A DNA stretch of 64,000 nt from Vitrella brassicaformis CCMP3155 (lineage: Eukaryota; Protista; Chromerida). The first letter of the stretch is position 1. The number at the start of each line of letters is the position of its first letter. Below are positions 25,152 through 38,383 of the stretch, in pieces. The position numbers were made by a program, and so were the translations under genes. Under the pieces are notes generated by a model that ran no database searches, had not been told where the DNA came from, and was given only the letters and a program-made list of their open reading frames with translations. The stretch lies in the NCBI GenBank assembly GCA_001179505.1, contig CDMY01000365.1, forward strand, positions 35,803-99,802, read 5' to 3'.

Positions 25152-28100
25152 TCATGTAAAGCTAAAATCCAGCGAATGCACCCCGCTCCTCCTTCTCTCC
25201 CCCCTGTAGCCTGGTGGCATCCTGCTCTGCTTGGGTGACGATCCAGGGAGCGTCACCCCCGCCCGAATGCCGCCCGACCCCGGTGGCAGCTTGGCTCGAC
25301 ACAGCTCGGCCAGCTGCTGCAGCCGCCGTCTGTTGTCGGGGATGTCCTCGAAGTATCTGGCGGCGAACCGCTTCATTTGGTCCAGTTTGCCGGGGTCGGT
25401 CTCATCGATGGCCCACATCTCGATCTTGGGGTTGAATCGGAAGTACTTGTCCTCGGGCAGGAACTCGGACAGCATCTCGTGCGTGCCCTCCGTGTTGGTC
25501 GCCGAGCACACCAGCTGGTTGACGATGCCGTCCCATCCCACTCGCCCGCCGTAGCTCTGCTGTGGGAAGCGACCCGTGCCAACCGACACAATCGCCTCGA
25601 TCGGCGTATCGGGGAAAAGCGCCTTCGCCTCGGCGAGAGCAATGGCCGTCGGGTTGTTGGCCAGGAGCGCCCCATCGCCGTATGCCTCCCCGTCCAGACG
25701 CAGTGCGGGGAAGAATGTGGGCGCGGCAGTGGTGGCTCTGAGTGCGTCGCGGCACCGGATGCGGAAGGAGCCGGCGTATTTGCCTTGCCGGCCATTGGGG
25801 GGGTAGTTGTAGTTGCGCCAGAGGATGAGCGACGAGGGGTTGGCCGACACCATGGTGGAGAGGCAGAAGGTCTTGGGCACATCGGGGTCAGCGGCAGTGT
25901 CGATCATCCGAATGTCCCCGAGGGTGTTCTCGAGGATGAGCTCCCACGCCGTCTCGTCGTAGTAGGCCTGCTTGACCACCAGGCGCGCGCCCGAGATGGG
26001 GCCGGGGTCTTTGACGAATATATCTTTGATGAGGTTGTCATAGAGCACCTCCACCTCGTTGACGCTTGACTTTTGCACGCCCAGCAGCATGGCAATGATG
26101 CCGCCCGTCGAGGTGCCGCAAATGATGTCAAACACCTCGTGCACCTCCCGGCCCATGACGGCCACGATGAACTTGAGAATGGCGATCGTCAGGACGCCCC
26201 GGGTGCCTCCTCCGTCAAGGCACAGGATGCGCAGGCCCCTCTGCCCGGGCACCCGCGGGTGCCAATCGTTGTTGCATCCCATCGCCGCCAGCAGCTTGTT
26301 GGCCGTCCGGATCCTCTCCAGGTCTCGCTGCAGCGGCTTGTCGTCCTTGCCCTGCCACTTGGCCCACCTCGACTTGACCACCCCTGCCGACGGGTTCGTC
26401 CCCCCCGCCTGCACAAGGATCCGTCTGAGCAGCGGGGCCACGCGGGAGTCCGTCTGCAGCGCCCAGATAACCCTGTCGCTGCTCAGGGCCATCGTGCACA
26501 GGAGGTGCAGCGCCGCCCTCTGGGCCTGCAGTGCATGCGCACGGTGCCGCTCGTTGGCCAGGATAGACCGAGGCCCACGCCACTCGGGCTCCTCCAGCAC
26601 CTTGAGAATCGGCCCCAGCTCGCCCTTGCGCACAATGACGTCGGCCGTGGAGGGGTCCGTCTCGGTGATAAGGGTGAGCGTGCGGAGGGCCTTGGCTTGC
26701 AGCTGCGGCTTGCCTTTGCGTAGTGCCTTGAACAGGGCCCCCAGGCCGTACTCCCGTATGTGATCCATCTGGTCGGGCGCCACCACCTTGGCCACCAGCT
26801 CCACGCCAGGCGACGGCGGGGTCTGCTTGGGCGCGACGCTGTCCTCCCTCTTCTCCGCCGAGCTCTCCAATGCCGCCATCCAGATCTTCCGTGACGTCTC
26901 GGGATCGCTGTCGTTGGTCCTCCCCGCCGCCCTTGCCGCTGTACCCTCCTCGGTTTCTTCGTCAAGGGAGAGTATGGGTGCGGTGCCGCTGGCGTGGTTG
27001 TCGGAGATGAAGAGACTGAGGAGGCTCCACCCGCCGCCCTCCTGCGTGGTGTCGATCTCCAGGTCCTCCGGCACCTCAGGGATGGGGTGCACGCGGCCGT
27101 CGTGGGCGGCGGCGAGGCTCACCTCCAGCGCCTGCCGACCGCCTTTGGAGTAGTAAGGCACCCAGATGACGCCGCCCGGCGACTTGTCGCTCCTCCCGCG
27201 GTAAGACGACCCCAGCCGCCCCGACCGCGGCGCCACCACATTCTGCCACAGCCGCTTGGCAGACCGCTGGATGCCACGAGTCCCAATGAACTTGAACTTG
27301 GGTGCAGGGCGGCTGAGGAAGCCCCGCCAGCCCTTGGGACGCTCCTCCTTGGCTGCCTCTGGGTCGACCTTGGCGTAGCCCAGCTCCTCCAGGATCTGCC
27401 GGGCTACGTTGAGCTTCTTGCTCGGCAGCGGAGGGAGGGGTGGGGCGGTTGTGAGGGACAAAGGTGGAGAGGGGGTGGAGGGGTCGGGCACCTTCTTGCT
27501 CGCCGGCTTTGGGACAGTTGCTGGTGGGGGAGGGGGCGGGGCGAAGGCCAGGGGCCGGCGGGAGTCAGCGGCTGGTGTGGTGGTGGCATTGGCATGTGAC
27601 ACGTTGGCTGCCTGCTGTGGCGGCTCCTCTTTGCGCCCCCATGCGAAGATGAAGAACCCCCCAGTGGCGTTGTCTTGCCGCTGTGTCTCGTTCCGCCTCC
27701 TCTCCATCTCCTCTCTCTCCCTCTCCTGCTGGCCTATGATCTCCTTCAGCCGCTCGGCCTCCCTCTCGGCCAACACACCCTCCTCAGCCAACACGAACTT
27801 CTGCAGAATGTCGACCGCTCTCGCGTCGCCTCGCACGAGGCGCGCCGCCTTCTTGCTGGAGATGACCATCGTCAGCAGCAGCTCAAGGGCAGCACCCTGG
27901 GCCCGCTGCAGATAGTCGCGGTCCGATTCCCTGAACCACAGCCGCTGCCACAGTCGTCCCTGCATGGGCTGCTCCACCAGGCGTATAAGGTCGGCGGTGA
28001 TGTTGCGCGCCAGGATGACGTCGGTGGTGCTGGGCTCCACCTTGGCAATGGAGCAGAGCGACCTGGCTGCACGCGCCTGAAGGGCGGGGGAGCCGCTGAG

Positions 28101-31100
28101 TGCCTTGAAGAGCAGCGAGAGCCCCGACTCCTTGATGTAGGGCATCTCGGGCGATTTGAGGGCCAGCACGCCCCCGCTCTCCGTGGGCTCGCCCTCGCCC
28201 TCCTCCTCTTCCTCCTCGACGACAGCCTCATGCTCCCCCTCCCTCGGAGGGGAGGGCGTCTTGACCGGCATTTCCTTCTTTCTCTCCACCTTCTTGTCCA
28301 ACACCGGTGCGCCAGGCGGGGCGTGGTCGTCGCCAGTGAGCTCGCGCGCCCTCTGCCGAATGGCCTCGGTCACCGTGTCATTGGGCGTGACGGTGCGGTT
28401 TGTCCGCGTGACGTCGGCCTTGTCCTCCTCTATTGTCACAGTGGTCATGGCTGCGGCTGCCGTGGCCGTGAGGGGCCCCGTGGTGAGGTTGGTGTCGCTG
28501 CCGGGGAAGTGGTCGGGGTAAAGGGTTTCCATCTGCTCCACATTGACGCGCTCCTCCATCCTCTCCTCCCTTGTGCGCCGCGGCTCGCTCGCCGGTCGCC
28601 GCCTCCGGCCGAACCATGACGAGAGGAAGCCAACGGGCGATGGGCGTTGCCTGGGGGGACTGGGGGCAACTCGGTCGGCGAGGGATGAGAGGGAGAGGGT
28701 CGACTGGCTGGAGAGCTCGTCAGCGCCCGGTATTGAGAGGTCTTCAGGCTTGAGCTCCTGCACCGGCAGCTTCTTGCCCTTGGCCCTGTTCTTGCTCCCC
28801 TTGTCACCGGCAGCCCTCCTCTCGTCTTTGGCGGCTCCACTCGCCCCTGTCGCCCCTTGCCCACCGACAGCCGGTGCCTCGCGTGATGCGTTTGCGCTCT
28901 TGCCGACGAAGAATGGCACCCAGACGACGCCACCAGTGGAGCTCTTCTGCTCCTCCCGGAAGCCCACCACCTCCTCGTCTATGTCTGGGTCGGACTCGTT
29001 GCGTGGCGGGCGGCCGCTGGGGCCGCCGCCNNNNNNNNNNNNNNNNNNNNNNNNNNNNNNNNNNNNNNNNNNNNNNNNNNNNNNNNNNNNNNNNNNNNNN
29101 NNNNNNNNNNNNNNNNNNNNNNNNNNNNNNNNNNNNNNNNNNNNNNNNNNNNNNNNNNNNNNNNNNNNNNNNNNNNNNNNNNNNNNNNNNNNNNNNNNNN
29201 NNNNNNNNNNNNNNNNNNNNNNNNNNNNNNNNNNNNNNNNNNNNNNNNNNNNNNNNNNNNNNNNNNNNNNNNNNNNNNNNNNNNNNNNNNNNNNNNNNNN
29301 NNNNNNNNNNNNNNNNNNNNNNNNNNNNNNGGGCGGCCGCTGGGGCCGCCGCCACTAATCTCGGTGTGGGGGAAGGAGGGGAGCTGGGGGATGAGGGATA
29401 CGGCAGCATCCCAGAGCTGCTGCCACATGGACGGGGGAGGGGTGGGGGCGGGGCTGGGGGGACCGGGGAGCTCCTCGGAAGGAATCAGAGAACCTGACAA
29501 AGATGAGACAAACAAACAGAGCACACATGAGCTGGGTTGCCATGCTAGCCATCGGTCTGTTGTGTCAGATTGCCGTCTCACCTCGGTCTGTCGTCAGATC
29601 TTCAGGTTGCAGCGGTGGGGCGACCCGCTTCTGTGCCTTCGGTCGCTTCACCTGCCCTTCGTGCCTTCCCTTAGACGCCAACATGCCCTCCAGCACAGTC
29701 AGCGACCCCACCACCAGCTGAGAGGCCTTGACGCGACTCTCCAAAGTCTTCCCCACCTCCGACGGCACGGCCCTTTCCTCCTTCCGATCAAACAGACCCG
29801 ATGGCCTTGTGTGCTTCCGTCGTATGTGCAGGTGGGGGACGCTGCTATCGTGGTCAAGAGAGAGGCCTCGCTGATCTCCCGATGGCAGTTGGTCGGAAGC
29901 GGCCTTGATGACTGATGGCGGGACGCCGGCAGCCGAGAATTCGTCTGATGGGTCGACAGTGACCTTGGGAGGCTTCGGCTCTTCTTGAGCTGAGCCGCCG
30001 AAGTAGGGCAACGAGTTCCACAGAGAGGCAAGTTGGAAGAAGGGAGACCAATGCTCTTCCTCAGCTGCTGGAGGGTGCCTTGGCGGCTCGGTGGGCGAGG
30101 TGATCTCCTCGACCCAGGCGGTCTCTTCAGGACGGCTGACGGCAATTGCCGTGTCGACCTTGCCACTCGCTTGCCCAACCGGCTGCGCGGCCTCAGCTGC
30201 CTTGACCGACTCGACCATAAGCCAGGATGCCAGCAGGCGTGAGAGGAGCCGCTGGCCTCTCCCTCTGGCCTTCTTGATGGCCATCCGCATCACCGGCACC
30301 ACAGAACCCTCACTCCTCCGAAAGGAAAATAAAGACGCCACCCGGTTGAGCCGCCGCCTGAAGGGATGCTCCTTCCCCTGACTCGTGCCGGCTCGCCTCT
30401 GCTGCCGCCGCCTTGCCTCCTCCTGCTGTGGGGGTGGGGGCTGCTGCTGCTGCTGCTGTGGTCCTTCCTGCTGTTGCTGCTGCTGGTGGTTGTGTGCCCT
30501 GCCCCCCTGCTGCTGGTGGCTGGTGTTGTGTGTGTGGTTGTGTGGTTGTGGCTGGTGGCCAGCGGTGAAAAGCGTGCCCAGCCAGTCGATGAGGCTCACC
30601 TTCTGGGGACCTGGCTGCTCAGACGCCGGAAGAGCAGCGGCATCCTGCCGGGCGTTGAGAGCGATGGGGGTAGAGGGGTGGGAGGGAGGGACGGGGGACA
30701 CACCAGGGAGCGGTGAACCAGACGATAGTGTGCGATGATGCGAAGGGGAAAGGGGAACTCGATGACGAAGCTGCAAGCAACATCCACCGTCATAGATGCA
30801 ATCAATCATGCCATGCCATGCATCTCTGCCACTCGCTCTTTCTCTTGCCCATGTCCGTGCCTGTCTGTCCGTGTGTGCCTGTCTGTCTGCACGCACACCT
30901 GTTGCCGTCTCCAGGCCAGCCGCTGACCACTCGCCAGAAACGACGGCAGGCCCCTCGCACCCCTGTCACCGCTCAGCCACCCTCCCTGCCACACCCCCCG
31001 TCCCCCAAACACATACAAACACGCAGCACAGATGGGAAAGTCGCAGACCTGCATGTGTGCCGCGCTGCCAGACATGCAGGCAGACCGGGACAGTACAGTG

Positions 31101-31215
31101 CATTCATGGCGCTCACCGCATCTGTGTCGGGGCGGTGCAGGTGCCTTTGATAGCACGGACAGGCGAGGAACACGATGATGACCAGGCAGCACTGGACGGC
31201 CAAAGATAGTGACAT
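25152..31215 (-). CDS. Very large patatin-like phospholipase (PNPLA8/iPLA2-gamma-like) with signal peptide and duplicated ARM-like modules; spans a 300-N gap
   Basis: C-terminus carries GLRILCLDGGGTRG, GTSTGG (catalytic Ser) and DGALLANNP (catalytic Asp). Upstream exons 31215-~31120, ~31060-30900, ~30775-29582 and 29493 onward join in phase. Leader MSLSLAVQCCLVIIVFLACPC. Confidence 0.85.
29031..29330. other. Assembly gap (300 N); other 300-N gaps at 50426-50725, 53544-53843 and 55080-55379
   Basis: Four N-runs of identical length indicate placeholder gap sizes. Confidence 0.98.
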
Positions 31216-31328
31216 CCGCTGACAGATCTTCATGGCATCTTTGCTCAGATGCCTCCGACACCTCCATCGACGAAAGCAACCATGCGGCGGGATTTTGCGA
31301 GCCGAAATCTGCGAGCTTAGCTGGCAGA

Positions 31329-32748
31329 ATGGGGTGTCTTGTCCTTCTCCTGTTGAGCAGGGCCCATCAAGCCATGCTTCCTCATCAATGGATCATCCTT
31401 TCCTTAGCCACCGCTCATGCTGCCCTTTCAGCATTCATGCCGACGGATGTTCATCCCCACCAGAAGCGGATAAAAGGCCGCTTTCTCTCACACCGACGGA
31501 AGCAGCGTCCCTCGCGCCTTGCACGGGAGCTGCCAGCAGACGACCAAGCAGACGACGGCAGTCACGAATCCACCCATCATCCAGCGACGATGCTCGGCCT
31601 GGTTGTTGGCCCCCCTGTGCAGCTGAGGCTCGCTGCCGTGAAGAGCGTTGCCGCTGCTGACAAGATGACGGCCGACGTGTCCACATCCAAAGGGGAGGCT
31701 GTCTTGAGCACGGGAGTTGTGATGAGTTACTTGAGGACAGAGCCGGCTGTGAGGGATCCACGCAAGCCTCCTCTGGTTTTCGTGCATGGCTCATTCCATG
31801 GCGCATGGTGCTGGGCGGAGCACTGGATGCCGTACTTCTCTCAGCTGGGCTATGAGTGCATCGCCATCAACCTGCGCGGCACTAGCGGCACTCCCGTTCC
31901 TGCCTCTGAGGAAGAAATCAGGTCCATCAAGATAGAGAGGCATGTGGAGGACGTGGCTGATTTGCTTCGCAAGACGGTGCCTGATGGCAACGTGGTGCTC
32001 ATTGGACACTCGTTCGGCTCGATGACCATCCTGAAGCTCCTGGAGCAGGGACTGGTGAGCCCGAAGGGTGTGGCATTGGCGTGTTCAGTTCCGCCATCCG
32101 GAAATGGGCCCATGACTGTGCGCTTCATCCTCCGAAGTGTCGTGGACGCCGTCCAGATCGTTCGGGGGTGAGAGAGAACGTAGAGAGAAGGGAGGGGGGG
32201 AGCAGAGGATGCGTCACCTTCTCCCTTGCTGTCTGCGGTGGCCATGGATCAGGTTTGTGTTCAAGCAGGCGATGACGTCCTGTGCTCTGGCACGGCAGCT
32301 CTTCTTCGACTCAGACATGCCCGAGGAGAAGGTGGAAGCCTACCGCAAGCTCTTCTGCCTTGACGGACAAGTAACAAAGCTAACCACCGAACCGTCCACA
32401 CATCACATGTCACGATATACGTGTCTGTCTGTCTGTCTGTGTCTTCAGATTGGCCTCGACGTGCGTTCGCTATCCGGCAGTCTCCCCTCCCGCCAGGCCC
32501 TCCCCTCCGGCCGTGCATCGTGGCTCGACGAATCGCTGCCGCGACTGGTCATGGGCACGCGCCAAGACTACATAGTTGATGGGCAGGGAGTGGAAGAGAC
32601 GGCCAGGTTCCTGGGCACGGATGCCGTCATGCTGGATGGGGTGCCGCATGATGTTATGCTGGCGTCGGGGGACAGGTGGCGGGCGGGGGCCGAGGCAATC
32701 GCCGAGTGGCTGGAGGGGAAGGTTGTTGCAAGGGCACCAGACAGATGA
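31329..32748 (+). CDS. Alpha/beta-fold hydrolase with bipartite-type targeting leader
   Basis: PPLVFVHGSFHGAWCW, LIGHSFG nucleophile elbow and LDGVPHDVML catalytic His; three exons. Leader MGCLVLLLL...ATAHAALSAF. Confidence 0.88.
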
Positions 32749-33524
32749 GGGAGAGGGATGAGGAGTGAGTGATGAGATGGATTGGCAATGAAGTCATTGA
32801 TGGAATTGATTATCCATCGTACACGTGGGTGGACAAACTCACTGCGATGATCCGAATCCAAGTTGAAGGGCTGCGCTATCGACTCACCATTTCCCCCCTC
32901 CCACTGCACCAGACAGACAGACAGACAGACAGGCGGGCACATGAGAGAGAGGGGATGATGAATACACACGCACCCGTGCACATGGTGAAGTGTGGGAGGG
33001 CTGCCATCCGCTCACCACTTCCCCCCTCCCCATTGCACCAGAGGATTCCGATACACGTACCCACAAAAGGGTGTGTAGAACGCACTACAGCCGTCGCCCT
33101 ACAGTTCAAATCTCTCTGCCTGCGATGAATCAATCATCCTCCCTCCCTCCCTCCCTCCCTCCAATCCTGCCTTGAACACAGACCAAAACAACATTCAATT
33201 CGTCAGCCAGCTGATATCAGCTGTGAAGGCTGAACAAACCAATCCCTCCCCTCCCCCGACACCAACGTCACTACATTTCTACGTCTACCCCTGGGACTAC
33301 CGCGTCTTCTTATCTCTTTCCTCTCTCCTTCTCGCCTCGACACACAACCAGACAGACACGAAAATCAAATCGACAGCCAGCCGGGTGTCTGGCATATAGT
33401 CAGCCAGCCATGCGGTTGCAGATAGTGCAGCATATATATAAGGTTATGTACACGGGTGGATAAATGCCGGCCCGGTGACGAGAACTCGCCTCGTTCCTCG
33501 CTCTCCTGAGGAAGCCGTAGTCGC

Positions 33525-35981
33525 TTACTGGCAATCCCCCTCATCGAAGCCGCACTGCTCAACATTGCAAACTTCGTCGCATTCTCCGTCGCCGAGCCAC
33601 TCCTCAAAACAGTACACAGCTGCACACGCACCCGATGGAACTGACCCGCCTGATATTTACGCGCACGCACACATACAAACAGCACACACCATGGCTGAGT
33701 GCTCGGTTCTCTGCCTGGATTGCTTTCCCCGTCACTTACTCTCCTCCGGTGGCGGCGTACTGTCCTCGGGTGGCGGCGTCGTGGCGCCCTCACAATCGCC
33801 ATTGTCGAAGTTACACTCTTTGATGTTGCACACGTCATCGCAGATGTCATCCCCAGGCCACCCCATCGCACAATCCAACGGACAGTCGGGCATATCGGCT
33901 GACAGATAAATTCACAGATGCTTAATAGGCAAGTGAGCATCACAAATACACGCGCCTGTCTGACTTGCTCTCTCGCTCTCCTCCCTCCCTCTCTCCCTGC
34001 CTCACGTCTGTCGCAGTCGCCCCCATCGAAATTGCATTCCTCTCTATGGCAGTATTCGTTGCAATAGCCGTCACCTTAATACGAACCACATCACATACAT
34101 GGCCAATCACTCACACAGATCCGCTCCTTAGAAGGAGAGAGTTGTGCTTACCGATTTCCGTCTTAGTGCAGACCATGTACTCATCAAGCTCATCCCTCCA
34201 ACACACCGGCGTCTCGCAGTTGCCGCCATCCATAGCGCACGCGTCGACGGCACATGGCGCGTCACACACGTCGTTCAGCAGCATCTCAACTGCAAGAAAA
34301 GGGGAGCATCAAATAAGATACATTCCATCCGTCTTGTCCCTGCTTTCCTCCCCGCGGTGTCCTATTCGCAGCCCTTACTTGTGCATCCCTCAGCGCAATT
34401 GTGGCAGTCTGGCAACAATGATAACAACGACATAAATCCATGAACACACTCATATATCCGTCATCACGGCGCTGTCTGTGATGCACTTACCGCCGCAGTC
34501 AAAACCGCAGAACTCGTTCAGACAAGCGATTTCACAGATGCCGTCGCCCAGGGAACTGTCGTAACAGCTCGTCGAACACTCACCCTTGCAGTCCCCTCCA
34601 TCACGGTTGCACGCTTCGGTGTTGCACTCTGTGTCGCACTCCCAGTTTCCTACAGGGATCCAACAAACGCACAAACGTAAAGGGTGGCAAATGAAGAGAC
34701 GGCAGGGGTGTGGTGTTCAGACCTAGCTTCTCCTGAGGACAATCGCAGGCAATGTAGTTGAAGGCAGACATTGGCGAGCATATGGCTGCAGTCACACATC
34801 ACACGCAGGTGTTTGGGGGTGGGGGGCGTGCCGTGTGGTTTGGTGCAGCTGATGTCTTACGATTGCGTCCGTTCCATCGAAATCACATTCCTCCACGTTG
34901 CACGCCTCATCGCAGCGCCCATCGTTGATCATTGCAGCCCGCCCATGGATATCCTTCGGGCTGCAGCCAGGCGCACACCAACCTGCACATGACACACACC
35001 CAACGAACACATCCTTCATGGAGATCTACCAGTGATCGTTTCACACCGACCTTCGCAGTCCCCGCCGTCGTTGCCACACGCCTCAACAGCACACGGTCCA
35101 TCGCACCACCGATCGCCGATCCAGTCGTCCGGACACTCGACCTGCAAAGGCACACATACAGCGATGTGGGATGAGTGCGCGTTGCCATAGGACGACAGCC
35201 TCTTGTGTGATGTGCCCGTTCGCTCACCGGACAGTCAGGGTATGGCGATGAGGCGTTGCGGGTCTCCTCCGAAGGTGCGGGTGTGACGTCAGCCTCCTCC
35301 ATGACAGAGGGCGGCACCAGCACACGCTGCAGCAGATGCACATAGCCATCCGTGCCCTGCTGCTCAGAGTCCAACACCACAGGAATGCCACCTTCAAACA
35401 CCCCAACAACACAGACGCATATGAGGCGGCGCTTCAAGTGCATCCTCGCCCATAATATTATCAGCGTGCGTCAACGTACCAACAGTGATGTTATCCCCGT
35501 CGGCGAGGATGGGAAGCATGGATCCCTCGAGTGTCTCGAGTTCGCTGTCGCTCTGTGCGGCCAGTTCCTGTGTGCCGAGTGCGCCCCTCACGACGTGGTA
35601 CTGAAGCACTGCGGTGGCGAGTGCGTCGTCAGTGGCGATCCTCTCGAAGAGGGCCGGGTCGACCTGTGTGACGGCGTCGTCGGTCGGCGCGAACACCGTG
35701 TAGACCTCGCCGGGCTTCAGGTAAGACGCAATGTCGTAGCTCCGCCAGAGGGCCTTGAGTTGGGGCGTGTCGTAGCCATTGTCGATGATGGACAAGACTG
35801 TCTGATCCGTCGTCTCGCCCTCGACCACCTGCAAAAAGCGCCTGCACAGCACACAACGGGCGAATAGACGTCATGCATCTTCCTCACTCTCACTGGCAGA
35901 GATCTCTGACCTTTTTGCTTTCGGGGCGCTCGCACAGACCGCCGCCGCAGACAATAGGAAGAAGGCGCAGAGAACACGCAT
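33525..35981 (-). CDS. Secreted protein: fasciclin (FAS1) domain followed by multiple LNR (Lin-12/Notch) repeats
   Basis: Signal peptide MRVLCAFFLLSAAAVCA; FAS1 motifs YTVFAPTDDA, VLQYHVV and GYVHLLQRVLVP; several LNR units such as CPDDWIGDRWCDGPCAVEACGNDGGDC and CFEEWLGDGECDEVCNVEQCGFDEGDC. Confidence 0.85.
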
Positions 35982-36517
35982 GTTTGGGGAGTGGAAGCCT
36001 CTGAGTGTGGGGGAGGATAGATGAGTCGCGTTCTTTCGCAAGGGGCGGGAAGAGAGGGCAAGAAGACAGAGCCGACGTCTAAGCTCGCGCAGCGATCCCT
36101 TCTCTCTCTTTTTCGAAGTTCTCTCTTTTCTCCCCTTCCCCCAACCGCCGTGGGTGGGATGGATGGAGCGATCGCATGTAGGTAGATCCACTTACAGTGA
36201 TGAGTTGGGCCTGCCAGGGGCTTTGATCAACCTGCCCATAAGATGTACCCACAAGCTTTGTACGCAGACATCTCATGTATCCACAAATACACTAAATATG
36301 CAAAATCACGCCGGCCCAACACAGCAGCAGCTCCTTCACCAAAGCACCCATCTCTCTCCCCAACAGCAGCAACACAGCTCAACGAGTCCTTTTGACGAGT
36401 CCCATACCTGCCCACGTCTCTACCCCTCTCAGGTCCAAAAACGAAAACCGACAGGTGTGTCTGGCAGTACAGGTGTGTTTTCGTACGTGCGTGCCCTCAA
36501 GGCAGAGCATGAATCAA

Positions 36518-38212
36518 TCACAGCTCTCCATTCTGCGCCTCCCGCTCCTCAGTTTCCTGTGGCGGAGGCGTGGTGACTCCCTCACAATCACCGTCGTCGA
36601 AGCCGCACTGCTCGACATTGCATGGTGCATCACATTCACCATCGCCGCGCCAGCCCTCCCCACACGTCAGCGGACACCCCGACTCGTCAGATTGGGCTGG
36701 CACACACACCGAGAGCAAGCACACATATCGACAAACAGGGTCAAGGATCCACTGCCTGTTTCTCACTATTGTCGCAATCACCCCCGTCGTCGTCACACTC
36801 CTCTCGCCTGCACGGCTCGTCGCAAGTGCCATCGCCTGCATGCGACACGCACACATCGCACGAGCCAGCAACCCATACACCCATCCATCTGACGTCAACG
36901 CATGTGTGAGAGGCCGCTGGCTTACCGATCCACTCCCTGAGGCAATAGTCCTCTCTGTCGTTGGGGTCCCTCCAACACTCTGGCGCGCTGCATTTGCCGG
37001 CATCAAAACTGCAGTCCTCCTTGTCACATGCGGGGTCACACACGTCGTTTTGCAGCATCTCAACTGTACAGATGAAGAAGGCAGTAGAACAGAACGAACT
37101 GTTTCATTTATCCATTGTCTGCTTCCCTCCCCGCTGTGAGTGATGTGTGCAGTGCAGCCCCTACGTGTGCATCCCTCAGCGCAGCTCTCGCAGTCTGGCA
37201 ACAATGACAGCACGGAGTGGATAATTATTAAGTGAATCCAGCGGTGTCCATTCAATGCGTCACAGCGCTGTCTGTGTGCACTTACCGCCGCAGTCGAAGT
37301 TGCAGCTTTCCGTCAGGCAGAGCGTGTCACAAGAGCCATCGCCGAGCCAGCCAAGAGCGCAGCCCTCCGAACACTCACCCCTGCAGTCGCCCGCGTCCTG
37401 GTGGCATGCATCCGTATTGCACTCCGAATCGCACACAAAGTTTCCTGCAAAGACATGCTCACACAAACAGAGAGAGGTCTACACGGACGGTGTGAGTACA
37501 ACGCACCCAGCTTCTCGTCAGGACAATCGCAGGCACTGTAGTTGAAGGCAAACAGAGGCTTACATATGGCTGCAATCACACGCACACGAGGTGCTTGGGG
37601 GTGCGGCGCGTGCCGTGCGGTTCGGTGCAGCTGGCAGCTTACGGTCGCAGTCCAGTCCGTCAAAATCACATTGCTCCACGTTGCACGCCTCATCGCAGCG
37701 CCCATTGTTGATCATCGGCGGCTGCTCACCAAATTCTTTCGGGCTGCAGTCAGGCGCACACCAACCTGCAGATGACACACGCACAAGAAACCGCAAACAA
37801 GTCTCCAACCATGATCCCGCTTCTCACACACACCGACCTTCGCAGTCTCCCTTATCGTTGCCACACGCCTCAACAGCACACGGTCCATCGCACCACCCGT
37901 CCCCGATCCAGTCGTCCGGACACTCGACCTGCAAAGGCACACATACAGCGATGTGGGATGAGTGCGCGTTGCCGTATGACGACAGCCTCTTGTGTGATGT
38001 GCCCATTCGCTCACCGGACAGTCAGGGTATGGCGATGAGGCGTTGCGGGCCCCGTCTACCTGTAACCGCCTGCACAAACACACGCATCCAGGCATCATCC
38101 ATTTCTCTCGCTCTGAGTGAGAGATCTCCGACCTTTTTGCTTTCGGCCTGCTCGCACCGGCAACAGCCAGGGCCGCACTCAGAAGCAAGATGCCGCGACA
38201 GAGAGCACGCAT
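36518..38212 (-). CDS. Secreted LNR-repeat protein; tandem paralogue of 33525-35981 lacking FAS1
   Basis: Signal peptide MRALCRGILLLSAALAVAG; shares PKAKRSEIS and RNASSPYPDCP segments, exon layout and LNR units (CPDDWIGDGWCDGPCAVEACGNDKGDC etc.) with the neighbour. Confidence 0.85.
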
Positions 38213-38383
38213 GGGAAGGTTTCAGACGCGAAGATGGATTCGCGCACGAGCGCGCAGAGATGAACCGCTGCGATCTGAAAAATCCGGTGAGACCTCTCCC
38301 GGTTCTCCTCACCGCAGCGGTGAGGTGAGCTACACTCTCTCCGTACCTGTGCTACGGCTAATGACCTACATCTGTTGCTGCTG

